Of a stretch of 42,457 nucleotides of DNA, positions 16,977 through 27,040 are shown piece by piece (the first letter of the stretch is position 1; the number at the start of each line of letters is the position of its first letter). A model generated the notes under the pieces. The model ran no database searches and had not been told where the DNA came from. It saw only the letters and a list, made by a program, of their open reading frames with translations. Where the stretch lies: sequence record DRR723986_793; one strand, written 5' to 3'. The translations under genes and the position numbers were made by a program.

Positions 16977-17885
16977 CTATTCCGCCGGCTTGATGAATTT
17001 CAGCGTCATGCGGTCACTTTCGCCGATGGCCTGGTAGGCTTCCGGATCCCAGCCTTCGGGGGCTTCTTCGCCTTCCTTCGGCTGGTTGCTGACCGGCGGC
17101 AGCGTCCAGACACCGTATGGATGGTCTGCGGTGTCAGCCGGATTTGCATTGATCTCGGAGGATCCGTCGAACTGGAAACCGGCATTGGCCGCCAGCGTGC
17201 GCACATAGTCTTCGTGGACATAGCCGCTGGGGGCTTTCGGGTCCTGCACGGCCGTTGACGGCAGGCGGTGCTCGACCACGCCGAGGATGCCGCCGGGCTT
17301 GAGGGCCGCATAGGCATCGTCGAAGAATTTCTGTTCGTAGCCGCCAGCCATCCAGTTGTGGATGTTGCGGAAGGTCAGCACGACGTCGGCCGTGCCGGGC
17401 TCGGTCAGCGGGCCGCTGTTCGCCGAGAAGCCGGAATAGGTGATCGTGCCGAATTTCGGGTCGGTATAGTTCGATTTGAAGTTTTCATTGTTGGTCTCGA
17501 TCCGGGCAACGCGCTCGGCGTCATCAATACCTTCTGGCGAGAACAGGACAGCGACCAGCTTGCCGCCGCCGGAGGCCAAGTATGGCGCGAGGATGTTGGT
17601 GTACCAACCGCCGCCCGGCCAGATTTCCACGACGGCGTCATCCGGTTCCACGCCCAGGAATTCCAGCGTTTCCTTCGGATGGCGCCACACATCGCGGGCC
17701 TTTTCCTCGGGCGAGCGCACATCGCTGGCGATGGCGGCTGCCAGCGCGCTTACAGGCGCGGGCGTCTCTGCGGCTGCGGTTTCGGTATCGAGTTCGGCAA
17801 CGGCTTCCGGGCTGTCTGCCGGGGCAGGGGAGCAACCGGCGAGCAGCGCCAGGGAAAGGAGGGTAGCGGATACGGCGGTTTTCAT
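16977..17885 (-). CDS. Class I SAM-dependent methyltransferase-like lipoprotein (COG4798-like)
   Basis: Lipobox LAGC; RD.WRHP.ETL.F, VEIWPGGGWYT, TFRNIHNW and LKPGG.LGVVEHR motifs. Confidence 0.85.
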   Translation of the reverse strand: MKTAVSATLLSLALLAGCSPAPADSPEAVAELDTETAAAETPAPVSALAAAIASDVRSPEEKARDVWRHPKETLEFLGVEPDDAVVEIWPGGGWYTNILAPYLASGGGKLVAVLFSPEGIDDAERVARIETNNENFKSNYTDPKFGTITYSGFSANSGPLTEPGTADVVLTFRNIHNWMAGGYEQKFFDDAYAALKPGGILGVVEHRLPSTAVQDPKAPSGYVHEDYVRTLAANAGFQFDGSSEINANPADTADHPYGVWTLPPVSNQPKEGEEAPEGWDPEAYQAIGESDRMTLKFIKPAE

Positions 17886-17910
17886 CTGTGTTTCTCCGTC
17901 GATGGGACCT

Positions 17911-17940
17911 CTTGAACAGCCCTTTTAGGCACCCACATGT
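17911..17940 (+). promoter_or_regulatory. Putative sigma32 (RpoH) promoter of hsp20
   Basis: CTTGAA-N15-CCCACATGT upstream of a small heat-shock gene. Confidence 0.65.
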
Positions 17941-17947
17941 ACCTTTG

Positions 17948-18089
17948 TCACGGTGCTGCGACGCGGGCCGTGGCCGGGTTTCGTGCCGGTGCCATCATTC
18001 GGGCCGGGTGTTTGCGAAGTCCGAACCCCAGACGGAACCCCCCGATCAGGGTGTTCCCAGTCGCTTTGAGACAGAGGACTGAACACATG
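17948..18089 (+). promoter_or_regulatory. ROSE-like RNA thermometer in the hsp20 5' UTR
   Basis: CAGTC-G-CT (18058-18065, UCGCU motif with bulged G) pairs with AG-GACTG (18075-18081) over the AGGA SD. GTGTTC (18051-18056) can also pair with GAACAC (18081-18086) next to the ATG. Confidence 0.7.
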
Positions 18090-18563
18090 TCGAATATAGA
18101 TCTGACCCCCCTTTACCGCACCATGGTCGGCTTTGACCGCATGGCAAACATGATCGATCAGGCCGCGCGCCTGGACGGTTCGCAGGGCTATCCCCCTTAT
18201 AATATCGAGCGAGTCGACGAAAACGCCTTCGCCATCGAGATTGCTGTTGCCGGCTTCACGCAGGACGATCTCGAGATCGAGACGAAGGAAGGCCTGCTGA
18301 CCGTGGCTGGCAAGAAAACCGAAACCGAAGACGCCAGCGGCAGGGATTATCTGCACCGCGGCATTGCCCAGCGCAGCTTCATCCGCCGCTTCCAGCTGGC
18401 CGATCACATTCTCGTGACCGGCGCGCAACTGGACCATGGCGTCCTGAAAATCGATCTCGTCCGTGAACTCCCGGAAGAGAAAAAGCCCCGCAAGATCGAG
18501 ATCGGGACCTCCGAAGCGCCGGAGCCGAAACTGATCGGCAAGAAAAAGGCTGACGCAGCCTAA
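18087..18563 (+). CDS. ibpA: Small heat-shock protein (Hsp20, IbpA-like)
   Basis: PLYRTMVGFDR, YPPYNIE, IAVAGF, YLHRGIA.RSF.RRFQLAD and EEKKPRKIEI motifs. Confidence 0.92.
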   Translation: MSNIDLTPLYRTMVGFDRMANMIDQAARLDGSQGYPPYNIERVDENAFAIEIAVAGFTQDDLEIETKEGLLTVAGKKTETEDASGRDYLHRGIAQRSFIRRFQLADHILVTGAQLDHGVLKIDLVRELPEEKKPRKIEIGTSEAPEPKLIGKKKADAA

Positions 18564-18591
18564 GTCCGGCCCTGTCCGATCGACACACAAT

Positions 18592-18628
18592 GCGGCGCGC
18601 TCCTGACCGGGGCGCGCCGTTTTATTTT
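18592..18628 (+). terminator. Intrinsic terminator after hsp20
   Basis: GCGGCGCGCTCC / GGGGCGCGCCGT stem followed by TTTATTTT. Confidence 0.85.
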
Positions 18629-18639
18629 ACGCGCAATGA

Positions 18640-19665
18640 TCAGGTACCGGCGCTGGCCTGTTTTTCCGCATGGCGGAACACTTGAAGGCAATTGGCGGCG
18701 CTGAGGAAATCTTCCAGCGCGAGCGATTCCTTCAGTGTGCGGCAGACAAGACGGTCGACCGCATTGAAGGCTTCTGCTGCGTGCTTCTGGGCCGATTGCA
18801 CGAAGGTGCCGGCCTCGAGGTCAACGGAGACCTTGTCTTCGCCTGCGCGCACGGCGTCGGCGTTCGCCTTCGTCCAGGGCAGGTAGGTCTTGCCGACTTC
18901 TTCCGCGAACAGCGGTGCAAGGGTCGGCTGAAGCGCGGCCATGTCCGCAAACGGACCACCGGCTTTCGGATCATCCATGTTTTCGCACCAGGCTGTGATG
19001 AAGGGTGCGCGGTCTTTCAGCCATTCTGCCGGAGTCGGGTCCAGCAGCATTTGCTGGAACTGGGCGGCAAGGCTGAAATCGGCAAAGGCCGGACGGCCGC
19101 CGAGGATGAAAAGATGCTGTTTCAGGTGCGTGTTCAGCAGTTCCGCAAAACGGCGCCAGGACACATCCAGCACCGGCTGATTTTCAGCTGAAGCGCCGAC
19201 CAGCGGCAGGCGGTCGGCCATGCGCTCGGCAATCTGGACCGATGGTTTCTTCCAGGCGCGCGGGCGCTTGCCGCCCGACAATTGCACAAGCGCGCGCAGG
19301 CCCGCCTGGTCACAGTCCGGCTTGTTGCCCCAGCGCTGCTGGAACATGCACTTGTTCAGCCACTCGTCCCCATAATCCTCGAGGATCAGCGACAGGGCTG
19401 CGAGAGCGGGATCATCAGGTGTGGCCGACGGGTCCGGCTGTGCCGTTTCCAGTGCGAACAACATGCGGGTCGATTCCTGGCTCACCGGACGGTCAGGTGC
19501 GACCAGAAGCGGCACGGTCGCGATACGCGCCAATGCGCGAAAATCGGTTTCCGTGTCGCGGGACCGGGTGATCCATTCGAACTTGACTCCCTTGTACCGC
19601 AGAAAGGCACGCACTTTCAGCGAGTAGGGCGAGGTTTCGGCGCCGAAGAGGCGATAGGCTGACAT
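18640..19665 (-). CDS. Glutathione S-transferase family protein
   Basis: SPYSLKVRAFLRYKG, TVPLL...QEST, EDYGDEWL.K.MF..RW and FILGGRP..ADF motifs. Confidence 0.85.
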   Translation of the reverse strand: MSAYRLFGAETSPYSLKVRAFLRYKGVKFEWITRSRDTETDFRALARIATVPLLVAPDRPVSQESTRMLFALETAQPDPSATPDDPALAALSLILEDYGDEWLNKCMFQQRWGNKPDCDQAGLRALVQLSGGKRPRAWKKPSVQIAERMADRLPLVGASAENQPVLDVSWRRFAELLNTHLKQHLFILGGRPAFADFSLAAQFQQMLLDPTPAEWLKDRAPFITAWCENMDDPKAGGPFADMAALQPTLAPLFAEEVGKTYLPWTKANADAVRAGEDKVSVDLEAGTFVQSAQKHAAEAFNAVDRLVCRTLKESLALEDFLSAANCLQVFRHAEKQASAGT

Positions 19666-19798
19666 GGCTTTGGTTCCCGTCTCGGCTCGGCCCCTGCTTA
19701 GGCATTTCAGCCCTCACTGCCAACCAGTGTTTGCCGCCGCGCCTGTAAATGGCTATGCGCGTCACCAGATATCCTGACCTGACATGAAGGAGAGGCCG

Positions 19799-20848
19799 AT
19801 GCGCGTGATGCACGTGATGGCCGGTGCCCCGGAGGGGGGCGCGGAAAATATCATGCTGGAATCGGTTCTGGCGCTTGCCGAAGCCGGTCTTACCCAACAC
19901 GTCGTGACGCGGCCGGACAATCAGTTCCGCGTGCAAAGATTCCGCGAGGCTGGAATCGGCGTCGATGTGGCGCCGTTCAACAATGCCTGGCCGTTTCCCA
20001 CCCGCCGTGTGCTGGGCGAGGCGATCAAGACATTCAAACCGGACGTTATCGAATACTGGATGGGCCGCGCGGGGCAGTTCGCGCCGAAGGAATACCGCAA
20101 CCGGTCGATCGGCTGGTATGGCGGCTATTACAAGCTTGCCCGCTTCGTGAATTGCGAATGGCATGTCGGCCTGACGATCGACCTGTTGCGGCATATCCGC
20201 GAACAGGGGGTCAGCGAGGACCGGTCCGGCATCATCCACACCTATGCTGATTTCGAAGGCGAAGACCCTGTCGACCGGGCAAGCCTCGATACGCCGGAAG
20301 ATGCGCCGGTTGCTCTGGCGCTGGCCCGTCTGCACGAGAAGAAAGGTCTCGACACGCTGCTCGATGCGGCGGCGAAAGTGCCGGGCCTTTATGTCTGGAT
20401 CGCGGGGGAGGGTCCGCTGGAGGCAGAACTGCGCGCGCATTGCAAGCGGCTGAACCTGGATAACCGCGTCCGCTTCCTCGGCTGGCGGAACGATCGCGGC
20501 GCGCTGCTGGCGGCCTGCGATGTCGTGGCCTTCCCGTCACGCTATGAGCCGTTCGGCACGGTGACAGTGGATGCCTGGGCGGCATCGCGCCCACTGGTCG
20601 CGGCAGATGCTGTGGGGCCCGCGGCCTATGTGAAGGATGGCGAGAACGGCGTGCTGATACCCAAGAACGATGTCGATGCGCTGGCGAATGCTCTGACCAA
20701 GGTGATTTCGGATAAGGAGTTCGCCGCGAAGATCGTCGCCGGTGGCCGGGCGTCTTATGAGGCGCAATTCAACAAGGCCGCGTTCCAGCGCGACTCGAAG
20801 GCCTTCTATCAGAAGATCATCGATTATGCGGGGCCGTTCCCGGGCTAA
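19799..20848 (+). CDS. Glycosyltransferase family 4 (GT-B)
   Basis: GGAE, ARLHEKKG.D.L and PSRYEPFGTVTVDAWA motifs. AAGGAG SD before ATG 19799. Confidence 0.9.
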   Translation: MRVMHVMAGAPEGGAENIMLESVLALAEAGLTQHVVTRPDNQFRVQRFREAGIGVDVAPFNNAWPFPTRRVLGEAIKTFKPDVIEYWMGRAGQFAPKEYRNRSIGWYGGYYKLARFVNCEWHVGLTIDLLRHIREQGVSEDRSGIIHTYADFEGEDPVDRASLDTPEDAPVALALARLHEKKGLDTLLDAAAKVPGLYVWIAGEGPLEAELRAHCKRLNLDNRVRFLGWRNDRGALLAACDVVAFPSRYEPFGTVTVDAWAASRPLVAADAVGPAAYVKDGENGVLIPKNDVDALANALTKVISDKEFAAKIVAGGRASYEAQFNKAAFQRDSKAFYQKIIDYAGPFPG

Positions 20849-21288
20849 CCGACACTCTCAAAAAAAGCGCGGTAGAGGCCTTCGGCTGCATGGCGGCCGG
20901 GGCCGACATCGACCTGAATGCCTGCCCGGCGCAGACGCAGGATGCCCCCATTGGCGACCGGGTGCGGGTCCAGCACACTGCAGACGACGCGGGCGATGCC
21001 GGCTTCTTCCAGCTTCATAGAGCAGGACTTGCCGCCGGCTGAGCGTTCGCGGCAGGGTTCCAGCGTGACATAGGCCGTACCGCCGCGGGCGGCCTCTCCG
21101 GCCTCTTCCAGCGCAATCTCTTCAGCATGGGGCCGGCCGCCCCAGCCGGTCACGCCTTCCCCGACAATGTGTCCATGGGAATCGAGGATTACGCAGCCGA
21201 CGGACGGGTTCACGCCGGTCAGGCCGTGATTGAGACGGGCGAGCGCAAGCGCCCGCCCCATCATGCGCTGGTCGCGCCGTTTGCTCAC
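20845..21288 (-). CDS. Stand-alone RibD-like zinc deaminase (no reductase domain)
   Basis: [24 protein letters not shown]...C and DP motifs in only 147 aa. GTG start overlaps the gpmA stop (GTGA). Confidence 0.82.
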   Translation of the reverse strand: MSKRRDQRMMGRALALARLNHGLTGVNPSVGCVILDSHGHIVGEGVTGWGGRPHAEEIALEEAGEAARGGTAYVTLEPCRERSAGGKSCSMKLEEAGIARVVCSVLDPHPVANGGILRLRRAGIQVDVGPGRHAAEGLYRAFFESVG

Positions 21289-21998
21289 GGCAGGTCCGGC
21301 AGCGCCTGGGCGCGGTCGGCATCGAGATAGCGCACAGCGACCGGCTTCAGATTGTCGTCCAGATCGATCAGCAGCGGGTTGCCCGTCGGGATCTCGACGG
21401 ACGTGATCTTGTCGTCCGGCACGTTGAACAGGTGCTTCACGAGCGCGCGCAGCGAGTTGCCGTGCGCAGCGATGACGACGTCTTTGCCGGATTTCAGCAC
21501 CGGCGCGATCTCGGTCTCCCAATAGGGCAGCACGCGGTCGAGTGTCAGTTTCAGGCTTTCCGTATCCGGAATGTCGATGCCCTTGTAACGCGGATCGGTG
21601 GAAAGGTCCCAGGTTGAGCCCTTTTCCAGCGGCGGCGGTGGCACGTCATAGGAACGGCGCCAGACATGAACCTGCTCGTCGCCATGCTTGGCCGCGGTCT
21701 CCGCCTTGTCGAGGCCGGTCAGGCCGCCGTAGTGGCGCTCGTTCAGCTGCCAGGCTTTTTCCACCGGCACCCAGGCGCGGCCCATCTCCGTCAGCGCGAG
21801 CCAAAGCGTGCGGATGGCGCGGGTCTGGTAGCTGGTGAAGGCAGCGCGGAAATCAGCGTCGACGCTTTTCAGCAACTGGCCGGCCTTCTTGGCTTCGGCT
21901 TCGCCTTTTTCGGTCAGGTCGGCATCCCACCAGCCGGTGAAGCGGTTTTCGAGGTTCCAGGCGGATTGTCCGTGGCGGACGAGAGCTAGCTTCGGCAT
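21285..21998 (-). CDS. gpmA: 2,3-bisphosphoglycerate-dependent phosphoglycerate mutase
   Basis: [31 protein letters not shown] and [10 protein letters not shown] motifs. Confidence 0.97.
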   Translation of the reverse strand: MPKLALVRHGQSAWNLENRFTGWWDADLTEKGEAEAKKAGQLLKSVDADFRAAFTSYQTRAIRTLWLALTEMGRAWVPVEKAWQLNERHYGGLTGLDKAETAAKHGDEQVHVWRRSYDVPPPPLEKGSTWDLSTDPRYKGIDIPDTESLKLTLDRVLPYWETEIAPVLKSGKDVVIAAHGNSLRALVKHLFNVPDDKITSVEIPTGNPLLIDLDDNLKPVAVRYLDADRAQALPDLP

Positions 21999-22068
21999 CG
22001 CGATCAGTGGTCCTTTTATAGTCCTGAATGTCTTTCTGGCGGCCTTTTCGGCGTAAAACGCCGCCGAT

Positions 22069-23211
22069 TCAAGCGTCCATGATCCGCATCAGCTCCACCA
22101 TGGCCAGGACGACATGATAGCCTGTTGAGGCTGGCATCATGTGGGCGACCGGCTTGCCGGTGGCGTCGTACCTGTCGATCCAGCCGCCCTCCGGGGTGAG
22201 GTGTTCGTCCATAAGCACATCGAAACTGCGGCAGGCTGCAGCCGCAAAGCTTTCCTCGCCAGTCGCTTCGAACATGGCGAGATGGGCCTTCAGGGATTCG
22301 GTCTGTGGCCAGGTGCGGCGCGACCCGTCGGCGACCGCGCCCTCGCGGGTCACCTCCAGCAGGGCCCTGCCTTCCTCGTCCAGCGTTGAACACGCAAAGA
22401 CGTAAAGGGTCTCGGCCCGGGGCGACACAGGCGTGCCGCTGGCTTTCGCGAAAGTATGCAGCAGCCAGACCCATTCGAACTGATGGCCGGGCTCGACAAT
22501 CTCCGCATCGCGTCCGGTCGGCTGGGTCCAGCCGGGGGCGAAATGCTCGCCCAGCAGGTCTCCCGGTCCGGCAGTCAGGAACCGGTCGAACAGGCTGATG
22601 ATTTCGCCCGCGCGGGACAGGTGGCCGCCGTCCCGATCTGCTTGGTGCAAAGCGAGGCACGCTTCCAGGAAATGCATGTGGGGGTTCTGATGGCGATTCT
22701 GGTCTATGCCCGGAATGTGCTCGAAATACCCGCCATCAGGCGCGCGCATTTTTGCGTCGACCGTTTTGAGGATGCCCGCCGCGCCCGCCAGAGCCTCTTC
22801 CGCACCGTCGAGGGCGATGGCGGATTCGGCCAGGGCATAAAGAACAAAGGCGATGTCGTAGAGGTCGACCGTATCGTCGGCCAGACCCGAACCATCCGCA
22901 TTCAGAACGCATCCGGGGAGCCCGTCGCTGCGCAGGGCCGGGCCGGCCAGTGTGGACAGGCCCATACCGATATGGTCGGCGGCGGTGTCCGGTTTCCAGC
23001 CCATCCGCAGGGCTTCGGTGAAGACATAAGTCTGACGTCCCTGAACTCGGACGCGGGTCGTTTTCTGGTCTCCGGCCTGGTGGTCCAGCGTCAGCGATTC
23101 GCGGAACAGGCCATGGTCGCCGACACCGCGTTCAGACCAGAGGGGAAAACAGGCATCCATCAGCCAGTGACGGGCTTCCCGCGCCCGGCGCTTCAAGGCT
23201 GACTTTGACAT
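22069..23211 (-). CDS. AGE family epimerase/isomerase (mannose-6-phosphate isomerase type III-like)
   Basis: [44 protein letters not shown] and ASTGYH motifs. Start at ATG 23211. Confidence 0.88.
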   Translation of the reverse strand: MSKSALKRRAREARHWLMDACFPLWSERGVGDHGLFRESLTLDHQAGDQKTTRVRVQGRQTYVFTEALRMGWKPDTAADHIGMGLSTLAGPALRSDGLPGCVLNADGSGLADDTVDLYDIAFVLYALAESAIALDGAEEALAGAAGILKTVDAKMRAPDGGYFEHIPGIDQNRHQNPHMHFLEACLALHQADRDGGHLSRAGEIISLFDRFLTAGPGDLLGEHFAPGWTQPTGRDAEIVEPGHQFEWVWLLHTFAKASGTPVSPRAETLYVFACSTLDEEGRALLEVTREGAVADGSRRTWPQTESLKAHLAMFEATGEESFAAAACRSFDVLMDEHLTPEGGWIDRYDATGKPVAHMMPASTGYHVVLAMVELMRIMDA

Positions 23212-23353
23212 ATGGCGCAAACCCCGTAGCAGATGCGTCGGCGAATGCCGCTCGCCAGAACCGACGCGCACCTGCTAACAGGAGCGGGCCCGGTTGACCA
23301 GCGGCGACCAGCGGTTGCAGCGTTACGAATGCACCAGAGTGAGAAAGGCCACG

Positions 23354-23947
23354 ATGAAGGACAGGATATTCTTTCCTCTTGCTCTGCTTGTTGCGGCCGG
23401 AATGGTGGGAATTGCCATCATGCCGGGCGTCGGCCGACTGCCGTCCGGCGCAGTCACCGGAGATGGCCAGAATTACAACGAAATCACTGTTTCCGGGGCC
23501 TATCTGAACAAGGTCGTTGCGGGCGGAGATGCCACCACCCGGCTGATTGACGGGTCGAATGGACGCAAGCAGCTTTATATCGAGGTCGAGGCGGACACTC
23601 TCGAGCGCGCGCCTGAACTTGGGCCCCACTTCCGGCTGGCGGCGGACATGGAAGTTCAGTTTTCCGGCTTTACGGTCCAGTGCACCATACGGGCCCGCCC
23701 GGCGGACACGCGGGGCGCCCTTCAGATGGAGGCAAATTATTCCGCCGGCCGGGTCGGTGATTCGGGCTGGCAGGTGTTCGACCTGCAACGCGAATTCCAG
23801 GATTACAGCTTTGAATATGATGTGCCGGTCATCGAAGGCGAGCAGGGGGTTGATTATCTCGGCATCCGCCCGGTCGTGCCGGACAAGTCCCGGGCGCTGA
23901 TCGTTGAATCGGTCAAATTCGAACGCCTTGGCCGCTGGGCTGAATAG
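23354..23947 (+). CDS. Hypothetical membrane-anchored exported protein
   Basis: AAAGG SD, N-terminal hydrophobic helix and a beta-rich soluble domain. Fills the gap before the peptidase. Confidence 0.75.
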   Translation: MKDRIFFPLALLVAAGMVGIAIMPGVGRLPSGAVTGDGQNYNEITVSGAYLNKVVAGGDATTRLIDGSNGRKQLYIEVEADTLERAPELGPHFRLAADMEVQFSGFTVQCTIRARPADTRGALQMEANYSAGRVGDSGWQVFDLQREFQDYSFEYDVPVIEGEQGVDYLGIRPVVPDKSRALIVESVKFERLGRWAE

Positions 23948-23964
23948 CCGGCAGATCCTGCGGG

Positions 23965-26148
23965 TTGCTCAAGCGCAGCATTTCCATTTGTCTGATCGCA
24001 CTGGCGATCGCCGCATGTGCGGTGACACAAAACCCGGAGAGCAAATTGGCCGATACAGAATCCCCGAAACCTGCCGGGTCCCTTCCGGGCGAAGATCCGT
24101 ACCTCTGGCTCGAAGAGGTTGAAGGGGACGACGCGCTCGCCTGGGTTCGCGCGCAGAATGCGCGGACGCTGGCAGAGCTGCAGGCGGACCCCCGTTACTC
24201 AGGCTTTGAGGCGGCGGCGCTGGATGCGCTGAATTCCAAGGAGCGGATTGCCTATGGCGTGGTGCGCTCCGGTTATGTCTACAATTTCTGGCAGGACGAC
24301 ACCAATGTGCGCGGCCTTTGGCGCCGGGCATCCATCGCGTCTTACCGCACCGATGAACCGGATTGGGAAACCGTGGTTGATTTCGACCAGCTGGCGGAAT
24401 CGCAAGGCAAGAACTGGGTCTACAAGGGCGCGAACTGTTTCGAGCCGAAAGGCACAGGGACCTATAAGTGCATGGTCTCGTTGTCGGATGGCGGCAAGGA
24501 TGCCGTGATCCAGCGCGAATTCGATCTGGCCTCCAAGTCATTCGTAGCGGACGGCTTTGTCACACCGGAAGCCAAACAGGGCCTTGCCTGGGCCGGGCCG
24601 GATACGGTGCTGCTCGCGACCGACTGGGGCGAAGGCACGGTGACGGAGTCGGGCTATCCCTTTGTCGTCAAACGCTGGGCGCGGGGCGCATCGCTGGACA
24701 GCGCGGAAGAAGTCTTCCGCGGCAAAGTCACGGATGTCGGCGTCTGGCCGATGACGCTGGAGCTGGATGACGGCACAGTGCTTCAGGGCGCTATCGAGGC
24801 GGAAACCTTCTTCACGTCCAGCTATTGGTGGTTCCCGGAAGGGGAGACCACGCCGGTCCGGTGGTCGATCCCGATGAAATCGTCTCCGGAAGGCATCTAC
24901 CGGGGCCAGTTCCTTGTCTCCCTGCAGGAAGACTGGGCGCCGCAAGGACAGTCAGGCGCGTTCAAATCCGGCGATCTCGTTGCCTTCGATGTGGCCGCGT
25001 TCATGGAGACCCGGGCGTTGCCGACGGTCTCCCTCGTCTTCCGGCCTTCCGAAGCGCAGGCACTGGAGGGCGTCGCCATCGCCAGGGACGCCATGCTGCT
25101 GTCCGTCAGCGATACGGCGGTCGGCAAGGTGATGCGGGCTGAGCCAGACGGCGATGGCTGGCGGACCTGGAGTGTCGCGCTGCCGGGCGAAGGCCAGGCC
25201 AGCATTGCCTTTGCCAATCCACACGAAGAGACCGTCTTCCTGAACTATGAGGACTTCCTGACCCCGGACTCACTGCTTGAATACGACGCCGCGAGCGATG
25301 CGGCGGCGCTGCTGAAAAGCGTGCCGGCCAAGTTCGATGCGGCGGGCCTGAAGGTCGAGCAGCACTTCGCGACCTCCAGGGACGGAACCCAGGTGCCGTA
25401 TTTCCTCGTCGCGCGGAAAGACATCCCGATGGATGGGACCACGCCGACCTTGCTCTATGCCTATGGCGGTTTCCAGGTGTCGATGAACCCGGCCTACAGC
25501 CCCGTGACCGGCAGGCTCTGGCTGGAACAGGGCGGGGCCTATGTGTTGGCGAATATCCGCGGCGGCGGTGAGTTCGGCCCGGCCTGGCATCAGGCCGGCC
25601 TGAAACAGAACCGCCAGCGGATCTATGACGACTTCATCGCCGTGGGCGAGGATCTCATTGCCTCTGGCGTGACCAGCGCGGATCATCTCGGCATCATGGG
25701 CGGCTCCAATGGCGGCCTGCTGATGGGCGTGATGCTGAATCAGCGGCCAGATCTCTGGAATGCCGTTGTGGTGCAGGTCCCGCTGCTGGACATGCTGCGC
25801 TATCATCTCCTGCTGGCCGGGGCGTCCTGGGTCGATGAATACGGGTCTCCGAGCGTGCCGGAGGAGCGGGCCTTCCTCGAGACGATCTCGCCCTACCAGA
25901 ATTTCGACGCCGCAAAGCCCTATCCGGAGCCTTTCTTCGTCACCTCGACAAAGGATGACCGGGTGCACCCCGGCCATGCGCGCAAGATGGCGAAGAGGTT
26001 CGAGGCGGCGGGCCTGCCGTTCCTCTATTACGAGAACATCGATGGCGGACATGCGGCAGCGGCCAACCAGACCGAGCGCGCCAAGCGGACGGCCCTGGAG
26101 TTCACCTATCTCAGCCGGAAGCTCGCAGGACCACCTGGCAGTCCGTGA
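23965..26148 (+). CDS. Prolyl oligopeptidase family serine peptidase (S9A), probable lipoprotein
   Basis: EDPYLWLE, YAYGGF, NIRGGGEFG, GGSNGG nucleophile, DDRVHP and GGH motifs. Lipobox IAAC; TTG start. Confidence 0.93.
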   Translation: MLKRSISICLIALAIAACAVTQNPESKLADTESPKPAGSLPGEDPYLWLEEVEGDDALAWVRAQNARTLAELQADPRYSGFEAAALDALNSKERIAYGVVRSGYVYNFWQDDTNVRGLWRRASIASYRTDEPDWETVVDFDQLAESQGKNWVYKGANCFEPKGTGTYKCMVSLSDGGKDAVIQREFDLASKSFVADGFVTPEAKQGLAWAGPDTVLLATDWGEGTVTESGYPFVVKRWARGASLDSAEEVFRGKVTDVGVWPMTLELDDGTVLQGAIEAETFFTSSYWWFPEGETTPVRWSIPMKSSPEGIYRGQFLVSLQEDWAPQGQSGAFKSGDLVAFDVAAFMETRALPTVSLVFRPSEAQALEGVAIARDAMLLSVSDTAVGKVMRAEPDGDGWRTWSVALPGEGQASIAFANPHEETVFLNYEDFLTPDSLLEYDAASDAAALLKSVPAKFDAAGLKVEQHFATSRDGTQVPYFLVARKDIPMDGTTPTLLYAYGGFQVSMNPAYSPVTGRLWLEQGGAYVLANIRGGGEFGPAWHQAGLKQNRQRIYDDFIAVGEDLIASGVTSADHLGIMGGSNGGLLMGVMLNQRPDLWNAVVVQVPLLDMLRYHLLLAGASWVDEYGSPSVPEERAFLETISPYQNFDAAKPYPEPFFVTSTKDDRVHPGHARKMAKRFEAAGLPFLYYENIDGGHAAAANQTERAKRTALEFTYLSRKLAGPPGSP

Positions 26149-26248
26149 GTCCGGACATCAGACTCCACAAGATCACATTCCGATCACGATCCCGGGTTTT
26201 TCTATTCCGGAGCCTTGCCAAAATGCCCAAGCATGAGACTGTCAGGGC

Positions 26249-26839
26249 ATGAAACTGGACGATCCGGGCTTTGAGAATGAGCTGGTCAGCCTGAAAGTGC
26301 TGACGGAAGCCGACCGGGACGTTTTGATGAACACGTCTGCGGTCGAGGCCATGTGGCAATGGATGCCGGTCATCGCGACCGGCACTAATTTTCATTCCTA
26401 TTTCGACCATACGCTGGAGCTTAAGAAGTCCGGCGACTACATCCCGTTCACGATCTGGCGGAAGTCGGACGGCGCCTTTGCCGGCGTGGTCGCCTATGCG
26501 GATATATCCCGCACCCACCGGCGCCTGCGGATTGCTTCGCTCTGGATCGTCGACGAGATGCGCGGCACCGCAATCGTCCCGGCGGTTCAACTTGCCACCA
26601 TCCAGCGTGCGTATGCCTCACGTATGCGGCGGATCGAGATCCTGACGCCGGAAAGCAATGAACGCTCCATCCGTTCCATCGAACGGTTCGGGGCCAAGCG
26701 CGAAGGCACGTTGCGCAGCTATTTCCGCATGGCCAATGGTACCTGGGCCGATATGGCCGTCCTGTCGCTGGTCGGGGATGAGGCGAAAGCGGCAATCACC
26801 CTGCTGCAGGACCGGGTGCGGGAACTGCAACAGGCTTAA
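26249..26839 (+). CDS. GNAT family N-acetyltransferase (RimJ/RimL-like)
   Basis: NERSIRSIERFGAKREGTLR and GTW.D..V.SL motifs. Confidence 0.88.
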   Translation: MKLDDPGFENELVSLKVLTEADRDVLMNTSAVEAMWQWMPVIATGTNFHSYFDHTLELKKSGDYIPFTIWRKSDGAFAGVVAYADISRTHRRLRIASLWIVDEMRGTAIVPAVQLATIQRAYASRMRRIEILTPESNERSIRSIERFGAKREGTLRSYFRMANGTWADMAVLSLVGDEAKAAITLLQDRVRELQQA

Positions 26840-26931
26840 ATGCTTGACGCCGCTGGCATTCGCGTGCTTTAGGCGCGCCAAATCTGCGCAAATCCAGAAG
26901 CGCGCCTTGACCGTTCCCGTGAGGACAGCGA

Positions 26932-26980
26932 GGCCCCCCGCCCGGCGAAGTGTCGCTCAGCGGGGTTCTTGGTCTTTGCG
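26932..26980 (+). ncRNA. Putative ffh leader RNA hairpin
   Basis: CCCCGC(26936-41)/GCGGGG(26960-65) stem enclosing GGCGA-agtg-TCGCT in the 5' region of ffh, where alphaproteobacteria carry a conserved ffh leader motif. Family match not computed. Confidence 0.5.
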
Positions 26981-27040
26981 TTGAACCCATGGAGCGCCCA
27001 TGTCAGGACAGGTCTGACAGACGGCATAAGGAGTAACGCG

